Positions 52,498 through 64,000 of a stretch of DNA of 64,000 nt are shown here, in pieces; within the stretch, counting starts at the first letter, position 1; each line of letters begins with the position of its first letter. The position numbers and the translations under genes were made by a program. The notes below the pieces were generated by a model that ran no database searches, was not told the DNA's origin, and saw nothing but the letters and a program-made list of their open reading frames with translations. Source of the stretch: Octopus sinensis (Eukaryota); NCBI RefSeq assembly GCF_006345805.1, contig NC_043021.1, positions 27,838,001 through 27,902,000 on the forward strand, in the 5' to 3' direction.

Positions 52498-52830
52498 TTT
52501 GGACTATAATAACATACATAATAATTATGTAGATTTAAAAAGCTTGATGAATAGCATACAACTTTATGAAAAACTAATTACGTATTTGTCAAAATTTTCC
52601 ATCAAACTGATTCTTTTGATCTAAGTATGACACTTCAGAGATCTATGACATAGTAGGAATATAAACTTTGGAAATGCAAAAACGCTTTAGAACAATACAC
52701 TTTAAAATATCATATCGAAAATTCATCAATAGACATTTCGGTTACATTAAAAATTGCCATTAACTGAACATTGAATACTTTAGGCCTAAAAATCGTTGAG
52801 CCAAAAATCTGTAATGGAGATACTGTGATT

Positions 52831-53440
52831 TTATTGTGTTTTAGATGAATTCTCTGAAGCCCAATGAAAAGCTCCCATTATCTCCGAATCATAAATCCCT
52901 CCATAGTATTGAGGAAGAACATCACTAAAGAGAGCTGAGGGGTTTCCAGTTTCTTTTATAATACTGTAATCATTCTTTGGGAAGCTTCCTGCAAATATAA
53001 TCTTTACAAGCTTCATGAAAGCATTTACACATCAAAATCTTTAACCAGCTATACTAAAAAAACAGCTGCAAGAGTATCATTTCAATGACGTATTATACAT
53101 TGTTAAATGAAATATCGCATAAATATTTCCAAACGTAACAAATAAATACTAAACAGCAAGGTATATATATACAGACAGCTTGTATCTGGTACATACAAAA
53201 ATTACTCTAGAGTGGTACAACTAATATGAAGAAGGAAATATCACATGCCCAGCCACAATAAAACTGAATGAACACACACCTGTAAAAATAAAATTCATGT
53301 TCAAGATAATGGATCGACGTAGAACGTAAATGATACAGTGGCATGACTGGAAGAAAGTTCAAGAACGTGATATATCTCCATTCGTCCTCTTTTAGACATA
53401 TCATGAATAGAAATGTACCAGAATTACCCGACTACGTCTG
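52831..53440 (-). pseudogene. Second GH18 class III-like chitinase relic (C-terminal half)
   Basis: VFIQFYCGW and KIIFAGSFP..GNPSALFSDVLPQ..GAFHWASENSSKTQ*; homologous to 35077-35680 in inverted orientation. Confidence 0.55.
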
Positions 53441-54033
53441 GAAATTAACAAAGTAAAATACTCCAACTGCAGCACTAAAGAGGATATGTTTTGAAATATT
53501 TGCACCTTAAAAGATTCGAACTAAAAGAAAAAAAAATCTTTGCAAATAATGGATAAATGCTAAATATCTGCATTACATGACTTGTATAGCAATACTAGGT
53601 CAAAAATATTCGTTGAGTGCAGAAACTTGCAAACATCAGTTTCATAACTGGCCATAATATAATTTACCTGAGGAATATGTGCAAACTCGTGCACATATAT
53701 TTCGATTAATAAAATTTGCTCATTTTATTTTCTTTCTTCATCCTTCAGTTCAATATATTTTACGCTGCTCGTTTTCTAGATGTTTTTACTGCTCTTAAAT
53801 CCACAAATATATTTTTTTCATGTTTAATTCCTTCTTATCGTTCTGGTTTGTATCATTTTTACTATAAAAGTTGTGTACCGTATACGAGTTAAAGATAGTA
53901 AAGGCAGAATCATTCTATTTTTTTATATTTTCCGTATATTATGGTTTAGACAATACATAACGCTTTGTATAGCAGCAAAATCTATAAATTATTTTACATT
54001 ACACACATTCACTCATACACACATATACTGGCC

Positions 54034-54119
<86 letters not shown>

Positions 54120-54299
54120 CATATATATATAGTGTGTGCGTGTATAGGTGTGTGTGTAGTGTGTGTGTGCTTCATGATTTTATAGCTCTATTTATCCTGT
54201 AGAATAGAAGGCACGAATTTATCTGCAGCCTAGGTTGAGTCAAAAGGTGTTTATCTAAATCAAGATTTAATCAATAGTTCAAACAAATCACATATGGAA

Positions 54300-54760
54300 A
54301 GCGGTCATTCATGGGAGTACCTCCTGTCATATTTTGTTCTCAATTGCCGTCGATGTGTCAGGAAGTCAATCGTACGCTTATATCATTTGGTTGGTCAAGA
54401 GGCAAAAACTCCCTGCACCTTTTTCAACATCATCCACATTGCTGAATCGCTGTTCGTGCAGGAAAAGTACCATGGCCCAGAAAAGGTGGTAGTTTGATGG
54501 TGCAAGGTTGGGAAGGGAATCAGGATGAACTACCACTTCCAGCCCTTCAAGTTCCTCATGTTAAGACTTGATCGCATTGGCAATGCCATGCTGTGGGAAT
54601 GCGCGTCGTCGACTGACCAATGCCGTACTGCTGGCTTTCAAAGTACTATATACATGCTGCAGTTCTTGAACGTAACGGGTACCAGTCTCAGCATGACCCT
54701 CTGAGAAAAGCTCAATGTGCTGCATCCCCAATAGAATTCACACAAACACTATGACGCTTT
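54300..54760 (-). mobile_element. mariner C-terminal relic
   Basis: Degenerate DDAHSH (DNARPH), LKGWK and following PDL/FSGP region. Confidence 0.6.
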
Positions 54761-55203
54761 GTCCAATGGCCTTTTTGAAAATAGGTTTTGAAGGCACTGA
54801 ATATTTCAATAAGGATTCGACGACGACCGTTCGCTCGGAGAAGTTCCTCCTCTCTGTTCGAAGGTTTTATTTACCTAGTTTCGGTGGAATACATCCACTT
54901 GTTTTCAATAATAGAAATATTAAAATTACTAAGTCTCTCTATTTGTGTATCAAATAGCTAACTTAAGGCAATGGCCCCATGGAGCTAATAAGCGGACAGC
55001 TTTATTCTTATTTTTATAAGAATGCCATATTAGTATGGCGATAACTATTAATTTCCAGGAACGCTGCCGTGTTCTCTTTTAGAGAGACTTAGTAATTTTG
55101 ATATTTCTATTATTGAAAACAAGTGGATGTATTCCACCGAAACTAGGTAAAATAAAACCTTCGAACAGAGATAGTCGGAAGCGACACCTACTGGTCTGAC
55201 TAC

Positions 55204-55245
55204 GCTACATTGACAAGGGGCAATACCCCGAAACGCGTCTGTAGC
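55204..55245 (+). ncRNA. Minimal type-I hammerhead ribozyme, U3-A8 core variant
   Basis: GCTACA-TTGACAA-GGGG(caata)CCCC-GAA-ACGCGT-C-TGTAGC; GUC cleavage triplet at 55237-55239. Confidence 0.75.
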
Positions 55246-55912
55246 TGTCGATCAAGTAGTGTGGAGCGACTGACCTCCCTTGTTCGAAGGTTATATGGAT
55301 ACAGTTTGTGTATCAAATAGCTAACTTAAGGCGATGGCCTCATGGAGCTAATAAGCGGACAGCTTTTTTCTTATTTTTATAAGAATGCCATATTAGTATG
55401 GCGATAACTATTATTTTCCGGGAACGCTGCCGCTGTTCTCTTTTAGAGAGAGAAGTGCATGCCATCAAAGTGACACTGTGGTAAAATATACAAAGCCCAG
55501 TATACCCATCATGACTACGCGTCTGATAAGGGTACACGAGGCACATGCACCACAACCATATGTGTGTGACATGGTGATCTCATATCAAGATAAACTGCAA
55601 TGACCTTGCAGGTGGGGCCCAGTTAGAATTTTCTTCTGGTTGAGTAACCCATCCCGCTCAAAAGGTCCCTGAATAAGGGTTGTTTAAGGATGTTGAACGA
55701 AACACCCATGTTTCCAGAGGTGAATTATTCAAACCCCAAAAATTCCCTCTCAACACGTGGCTATGATGCTCCTCCACTACTTCTGCTCCTGATCAGAGAT
55801 ACACATATCGTCAGCCACTAAGGGACATGCTCAACTGGTTAAGGTCAAACAACTGACTATTATTATCATTATTATTATTATTATTATTACTATTAGTAGT
55901 AGTAGTAGTAGT

Positions 55913-55973
<61 letters not shown>

Positions 55974-56537
55974 TTACTATTGTAATACTCCTCAAGGATC
56001 TACAGGTTTGTTTGTTAGCAATAATAAGGAGCAATGCACGAAATACTCGGCTTTTTAACCACTCTGTATTTTCTACAAATTGGAAATGATATATAACACA
56101 CACACACACATATATGAATATATATATACATATATATGTATGTACCTATATGCATACATATACATTATACAGACACGAAGGTAATATTTCGAAAGCAGTA
56201 TTGTCGTGAAAACAGCAGAAAGTATGGGTAGTAGGAAATAAAAAAAAACAAAAGACCGCCAAAGGACTAGAACCTGCAGCACTCGAATTACCGATCGGGT
56301 CCTCTACCATTAAACGAAGCTGCTCACTGACCACTAACTCCGTCAGATTTAGCGCTAAATACATAATTTATATACAAACTGTTCATTTTGTTTGTAAAAG
56401 CGTTGAATGTGTATCGCATTAAATGTAATAATACTCAATCTTTCTGCTGTTTCCGAGGCTCTACTGTGTTCGAAATATTACCTTCTGGTCTGTACAATAC
56501 AACACACAATCGGCGCTTCTAAATGCAAAATAAAATG

Positions 56538-56591
<54 letters not shown>

Positions 56592-56757
56592 ATATATTAT
56601 ATATATATATATATACACATAATATAATAAGAGTAAATAATATCTTTAATGGTTTTTAAAAAAAGCAACAATTATTTACGGGTAGATTTCGGCATGTAAA
56701 TATAACCATTAACGGTAGGAACTTTTATAAAAGTTTAATATATATTTTTGTATATGA

Positions 56758-56918
56758 ATAAAAGAGGCATGCAACAGGTTGCTTAGCCACATACCGAAAA
56801 ATTAGAAATAGCAGTCAGAGACTGCTGTAGAAAGTAGAAAATAGAAATAAACAGTCTTTGACTGCTATTTCTAATTTTTCGGTATGTGGCTAAGCAGCCT
56901 GTTGCCTGCCTCTTTTAT
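56758..56918. repeat. Inverted repeat, arms about 65 bp
   Basis: AAAGAGGCATGCAACAGGTTGCTTAGCCACATACCG pairs with CGGTATGTGGCTAAGCAGCCTGTTGCCTGCCTCTTT. Confidence 0.9.
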
Positions 56919-57029
56919 ATATATATATATAATGGGAAGCTTTATGAAAATAGACAAAAGACGAAGGCAGGTGGAAGACAAACTAACAATTGTATTAGTA
57001 TGGCGCTCAGGAAATATAAATAAAACAAG

Positions 57030-57067
57030 TCTTTAACGTTTCGAGCCTACGCTCTTCAACAGAAAGA
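57030..57067 (-). ncRNA. Minimal hammerhead motif, core CTGTTGA
   Basis: TCTTT-CTGTTGA-A-GAGC(gtag)GCTC-GAA-ACGT-T-AAAGA. Confidence 0.6.
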
Positions 57068-57334
57068 TACACAGAGAGAAAAAAAACACAGAAAGAAGGA
57101 GAGAAAAAAAATGCGTGCAGTAGCTAACGAATCAACATGGCGATCTGATTTCGGCCAGAGGTCAAAGATCAAACATGAGACGCGAGAGCGAAATAAGGGG
57201 AGATAATAGGGTTGATAATAGGGTTGATAATAGGGCTGAAGGACCAGCTAATAGTGCGTAGGAGGGGTCTGGACGTGTGTATGTATAGGGTTGGTGTATG
57301 TATGTATAGGGTTGGTGTATGTATTAGTATGTAT

Positions 57335-57374
<40 letters not shown>

Positions 57375-57406
57375 TATGAGAGAGTATTAGTGCGTAGGAT
57401 TGGTCT

Positions 57407-57470
<64 letters not shown>

Positions 57471-58001
57471 GTTGTATACTGTCAATCTAACGTAAACGTG
57501 ACAGTAGGGGGTTACACCACCGCTGTTTAGCCCTAGGAAGCATCGACGCCTCCTGATGGCTTTGACACATTTTTCCTGCGTCCTTATATACATTTACGAG
57601 GGGGAGACAAACACCCCCAGCAGCCAGACGTGCATCTAGAGACACGCATGTTCCAGGATCATTGTCCTTCATCGGTCTAGAGTAGCAGTAGCCCGCCAGC
57701 TGTTGATATCTGCCTCGATTCGCAAATGTATATATCTAATTTCAGTGAAGTTTATTCACTGATTACCAAAATCAGAAATATTAAATATATACATTTGCGA
57801 ATCGAGGCAGATATCAACAGCTGGTGGGCTACTGCTACTCTAGACCGATGAAGGACAGCGGTGGTGTAACCCCCTACTGTCACGTTCACGTTAGATTCAC
57901 AGTATACAACCATTCTATCGCCCCACCACCGTACATATCTCTATGAGAGATTTAGAAATTTAATATTTCTGATATGTATCTATATATATATATATATATA
58001 G

Positions 58002-59090
58002 GTTTTCTAAAGCGTTCGATTCTGTAGATAGGTACAAGATGTTTGAAATCCTTAAGCTCTATGGGATACCAGACAAAATCATTTCTGCCATCAAGGTCCT
58101 CTACACAGATACGTCTTCAACCATCTTAACCCCTGACGGAGAAATATCATCTTTCTCAATCAAAGCCGGAATACTGCAGGGAGACACACTCGCCCCATTT
58201 CTTTTCATCATTGTTGTTGATTATGTGCTACGTATGTCAGTTGATACCATCTCTGGCAAGGGCTTTGAAATAAAACCAAGAAGTCCCAGACACCCAGCTG
58301 AGTACTTGACAGACACTGACTTTGCTGACGACATCGCTCTTATCAGTGATTCTCTCTCCAATGCCCAGTCTCTTTTACAATCTCTTGAACAAGCCTCAAA
58401 TTGTGTAGGTCTTTACCTCAATGAGGCCAAAACTGAATACATAAACAAGTGCCTGTCCAACAGTGATTGCATCATCCACACTCTCAACAGTGCGCCCTTA
58501 AATATGGTTTCTGATTACAAATATCTTGGGTCATACATATCATCATCTGGAAAAGACTTTCTAACTAGAAAGGGTATGGCCTGGTCAGCCTGTAATGACA
58601 TGCATAAGATCTGGTCATCAAATCTAAGTAAAGACTTCAAACTTGAAATATTCAAAGCCACAGTCGAACCAATCCTACTATATGGCTCAGAAACCTGGAC
58701 GTTATCAAAGAAGCTTGAGAGGCGGTTGGATGGAACCTACACTCGCCTCCTTATGAGAGCTCAAAATCTCTCGTGGAGGCGCCATCCAACTAAAATGCAA
58801 ATATATGGGAAATTACCACCTGTGTCATCTCTTGTGAAAGGTAAGAGAGTCCAGTTTGCTGGACATTGTTGTAGAGCTGAAAAAGAAGTAATTTCTACTC
58901 TTCTCCTCTGGAAGCCATCTACTCGCAACACCAGAGGGCGCACACTCTCCTACCCTGATGTAATCTCCAGGGATACAGGCATCCAGCAACAGGACCTCCG
59001 TAATGCTATGATGGACCGTGAAGTCTGGCGCAACATGGTAAATTCCATTGTCTCGACCACGGTCGAACAATGATGATGATGATGATGATG
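58002..59090 (+). mobile_element. RTE-type LINE, 5' truncated, uninterrupted RT C-terminal ORF (58039-59073)
   Basis: FSKAFDS, GILQGDTLAPFLF, FADD, YKYLGS, LLYGSETW; (TGA)n tail; (TA)n on both flanks. Confidence 0.9.
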
Positions 59091-59144
<54 letters not shown>

Positions 59145-59163
59145 ACATATGTATGTACGTATC

Positions 59164-59222
<59 letters not shown>

Positions 59223-59235
59223 GTCTATCTATCTG

Positions 59236-62200
59236 AATGCGCGTGGCTTGGGGTCTCCTTGGAAACAAGGATACCTCCTAAATGACATCAAGTCACATGA
59301 TTTGGGAATCATAGCCATAAGTGAGACCAGACTCCACGAGCCACGGGCCCTAAAGTCCATGTTTGGCGGACAGTTTAACATTTATTTCGCTCCCTGTCTG
59401 CCGAGGATGGGCGGTAGTGGCACCGCGGTACTTTTTCACAAGAGCCTGGATCTCGAAGTCAAGACGATATTCGTAGACCCGGAGGGTAGACTGATCGTTC
59501 TGGATGTTGACGGCAGCAATGGGTGCGCTTTTCGACTCGTATCAGTCTACGCACCGCCCTTAACAGGTCGGGCGGATTTCTTTCGACGTCTAGAAGTATT
59601 CTTGGGAACGTCTCGTCCTTTACTCTTAGTGGGGGATTGGAATGCTACCTTGGACACGCATGTAGACTACGTGGGTAGAGACAGAAACAGAAGGGGATGC
59701 AAATGCCTCAGAGACCTGCTCAGACGATTCCAACTGTCTGACAGGTACCGACTCGACCACCCAAATGCACCAACGTGGACATGGAGCAACCGCAGTGGGT
59801 TCGTCGAGATCGTATCTAGATAGGATACTGTGTAGGGCAGTAGACAAGGATAACTTAGGATGTCCACAATTCCACACAGTCAGCTACACGGATCACAAAT
59901 TGGTGACGTGTACGCTAGACTTAGATAAGGCACATAGACAGGGTCCTGGGTACTGGAACTGAACGCATCATTCCCGTCCAGACAAGTTTTCAGAGACCGG
60001 ATTAGCACACTAGTAAACAGGGCTTTGACGGGAGCCATCATCAACAACAAAATGGTGTTTGCCCTCAAGAGAGCAGTAAAAGCAGAAGCGATTAGGTACA
60101 GCAAAGCACTAGCCATAGATAGAAATAGAGTAGAGGGTGAGCTAGTTAAGAGCTAGAAGAGGCAATTAGAAGCGGCATCGCATCCGACGTTTTGGCGGCG
60201 AGGTTGGCCCTCGACCAACACTTCAACGCCAAACACGAAGGATGTGCTGTCAGAGCTAGGATGCGTGCTCTAAGGAACGAAGGTGTTGGAGCCGCGAGAG
60301 AGGCCCGGGTGGCAGAGGCGCAACAGGGCAACAAAGCCACCATTCGGTCACTGGTAGATGAACAGGGGCGCGAATTGCTCGAGCCAAGTAAAATGTGTGA
60401 GGCCTTCAGCAGCATTTTGCCCGACTGTTCGGGACGAGTGGAGGGCAAGAACGTAGGGTAGACTTCAGTGCCTACCTACATAGCCTGCCACGACTCTCGA
60501 CAAGAAAGGCAGGGTGCTGCGAAGGTGCCATCACGGCGGCGGAAGTGCGGGAAGCGATGGCAGAATGCTCGAGGGACAAATCACCGGGTTTGGATGGTCT
60601 ACCCTACGAATTTTACTATTGTATGCCAGACTTGTTTGGAGACGTCTTGGCAGCGTATACTGCAACTGGCAGCAAAACGGGAGCATACCCGGTTTTGTGA
60701 GTCGAGGAGCTGTAACTCTGCTGAGAAAGATCCAAACAAGGGAAACATTATAGATAACTTTAGGCCAATCACTCTGCTCAATGCAGACCTCAAAATTTTG
60801 ACAAAGGTGTTAGCCAAGAGGTTGGCGCTTGTCATGGAGAAACTGGTCGACAACGCACAAACGTGCGCCGTGCCGGCCGGAGCATCCATGACAACCTCCA
60901 TCTGATGCGCTACATCATAGACAGGTAGTTAACGAACCTGGCATGGGTGGGGCCCTGATCAACTTGATCAATCGAAAGCCTTTGATAGGGTAGACCATCG
61001 ATACTTGGGGGCGGTCCTGAGAGCGGCTGGTTTCGGTCCCGTCTTCCGCGGCTGGATAGCTGCCTTGTACAGGGGCATCCGTTCGGTAATTCGCGTAAAT
61101 GGACATCTATCGAGACCCTTCGACATTGCACGTTCGGTCCGTCAGGGATGCCCCCTCTCGGCGCTTCTATACGTATTGACTCTTGAGCCACTACTGCGGA
61201 AGCTGGCGACTCTGAGGGGCATCCCGCGAGAATTAGGATGCGGGACGAGCGTGTCTGCATACGCGGACGACGTCACCGTCATAGTGTCAAGCCACGAGCA
61301 CATCGAGCGGGTCGGCGAGACACTGAAAGACTACGAAGCGGTGACAGGAGCAAAAATCAACCGGGAAAAGTCAGTGGGCTTGCGGCTCGGCACCTGGAGA
61401 AGCAAACCCATGCCGTCCACCAGTACCTCCGTCGTGGGACGCTGGACAGACGGCCCGGTTGAGTTGCTCGGGGTCTGGTTCGGTCCGGACCTCCAAATGG
61501 AGAAGAACTGGAACGAGATAACGAGTAGGGTGGTCACTCTCGCCCAGCAATGGGCCGAGAGGAAACTGTCCCTAAAAGGTCGGGCGGAGGTGGTGAACGC
61601 GTACATCGCGTCCATCATCTACTACCGCCTGACCGTCGTACCTTATCCCGACCCTACCATCACCAAACTAGAACGCATCCTCTTCCGCTTCTTGTGGAAA
61701 GGATGCGTCCCGATGGTCAGGCGATCCATTTGCTGTCAACACCCGTTAAAAGGAGGGCTGGCATGCCGTGGTTGATGATGCGCAGACACGCGCTGAGACT
61801 GCGACATCTCCGGCTCTATGTAGACGACGGTGAACAGGTGTGGTCGCCGTTTGTGAGGCACGCATTCCCGCAACTCGTCTCCATGACCGAACTACAGTCG
61901 TGGATCAAAAAGAGGCCGAAGAAGGGCGAATGGCAACCGCGAGTGTCGCGTTGCTCTCAAGCAACTCTGCCGTCCCGGGTCGACCTTGAGTGACTTCAAC
62001 ACAACCAAAGCATTCTATAGGGGATTAGTGGAGGGGAGGTACGACGACGAGCTCGGGGCAAACCTGGGCGTCGACGAGGAATACCTGACCCGCCTGTTTC
62101 AAACGACTTTCGGCCCGGGACCTATGGACAACTTCCAGAGATCCCTGGCCTGGCGGTGCTACCGAGAAGCGCTATACCCGTTCGGGATAAGCTCTATAGG

Positions 62201-63077
62201 CATGGCTCGAGAAACACGGGGCCGACCTGCCCGAGATGCGGGCAGAGCGACGAAACCGCTCTGCACGCAATCGTGCAGTGTCCAGCAATTTCCCACCTGT
62301 GGGCTTATGTCGAACGACTGCTGTCACGTGTGGGACGTGTCGGTTTATCAGCCGAGTCTATCGTTAATATCGTCACGCCTCCTTCCTTCAAACGGGAAGG
62401 AAGAGCTATTTTTATCATACTTGTGGCTATGGCGAAAGAATGTATCTGGTGGACGCGTCTGAAAGGATTAGAGACAAACACTTTCTCTCTGGTCAATCTC
62501 TCATCACTTCTTCAAGTATCACTTGAAGAAAAAAGTGAGAGTAGAGAGGCAAGTTTTGTCTAGTGAATGTTTTAAAAAAAGATGGGTGAATGTAGCAAGG
62601 ATGGCACGTATGAATGACGAAGCCACCTTGACTATGATTCTATGAACCGTAAAAATTAATACAGAGAGTTGCTTATTTGCAAAAAAAAAAAAAAAAAAAG
62701 AAATATAACATGTGACTTCATTGACCGAGGTTACCGTGGTCTTTTCCGTAGGCTTTTCTTTCCACGGGTAAACCTCACCTGTCCCCCCCTTTACACTTCA
62801 TATTGACATTTCTGTGATAACGATCCCTATTGATCAATTTTTTTCCTCCTCCCCCCCTTTTTTTTTACCCCCCCCCCCTTTTTTTTTTGTCCTCTTTCTC
62901 TCCTTTTACGATCCCTTTTGATCGACCCCCCCTTTTTTTTATTTTATTTTTATTTTATTTTATTTTTTTTCTTATTTTTTATTTTTTTATTTTTATTTTT
63001 TTTAAACCTTCAAAAGAAAAGCCCTACCTTGTAATTTGTTCTATCTGTGTGCAGCCCTGTGTGGCTAATAAAGAAAC
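59236..63077 (+). mobile_element. Tx1/L1-clade LINE ORF2 (APE endonuclease, RT, CCHC), frameshifted
   Basis: LNARGL..SETR..GDWNA..DR; KSPGLDGL; FRPITLLNADLKIL; VRQGCPLS; YADD; CPRCGQSDETALH; AATAAA at 63067. Confidence 0.9.
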
Positions 63078-63078
63078 A

Positions 63079-63173
<95 letters not shown>

Positions 63174-63218
63174 GTCTATCCATATATATATATATATAGT
63201 ATATATATATATATAATA

Positions 63219-63259
<41 letters not shown>

Positions 63260-63894
63260 TATATATATATATATGTAAATGTCAATAATATAATATTTGC
63301 GTCAAGAATACGTATCACATTTTGCAGTAGTGGTTTCGATTATTCGATAATTCTACACTAGTGAAAATAATAACAACAGCGACATTCATTCTCATCGATT
63401 TTCATCATGTATAAATATCTTTGAACAGCGGTTTGACTCGGCAACTAATAAATGCATGGAAAAAATTTGTATTCCATGGCTGTGTGTTTTGGACAACGGA
63501 AAATATTTGCTTTGTCGTAAGTAAATATTCACTGTGAGCCACATGTATTCATATAAGCTTGCATATAGACACTCACAAAAACACACGGCACACGTATGTG
63601 TGTATGTGTGTGTGTGTGTGTGAGTGTGTATATGTATGTGTATACATAGATGCGTTTAATCGGACAGGATAAGTATTTTTATATTTGTTGCATTAAGTGA
63701 CTTTTATGAAATATTATCGGTTTCCATGTGTATGTCCATCTTATCAAATAAGATAAAATTTCAAAGTGAAGGATTAGCAAGAAGAAAAAATTAAAGAAGT
63801 TTCTTCTCATCTCATATTCTGTACGTTGTTTGATATTTTCTTTAATTTCTCGTCTCATATATATTATATATATACATATATATATTTACATAAA

Positions 63895-63983
<89 letters not shown>

Positions 63984-64000
63984 AGACCCTAAGACCTGTT

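Noticed and set aside
60100-62600. Programmed frameshifting in the Tx1 ORF2
   Set aside because: Many scattered single-base indels fit decay or long-read error, with no slippery-site pattern.

Overview
AT-rich, microsatellite-saturated animal genomic DNA. The SINE families and repeat load look like an octopus or other coleoid cephalopod (inference, no database check). I find no intact multi-exon host gene. Most long ORFs in the track are microsatellite artefacts or transposon fragments. Supported content: tRNA-derived SINEs of about four families; LINE fragments (R4/Dong-like, RTE, CR1, Tx1/L1); Penelope-like (PLE) RT and GIY-YIG fragments; several mariner relics; non-autonomous Helitrons; many long inverted repeats. 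Four observations stand out. (1) At least seven minimal type-I hammerhead ribozyme motifs of different sequence families, several inside inverted PLE-like termini, including an intact head-to-head pair (17.5 kb) and a U3-A8 core variant (55.2 kb). (2) A CTAG-bounded palindromic Helitron 3' cassette that occurs in opposite orientations in two elements. (3) Three LINE clades each sitting in a different microsatellite (AAT, TA, TCTA). (4) Two decayed paralogs of an apparent class III (hevamine/narbonin-like) GH18 chitinase gene. All family assignments come from motif recognition by eye and need HMM or Dfam confirmation.
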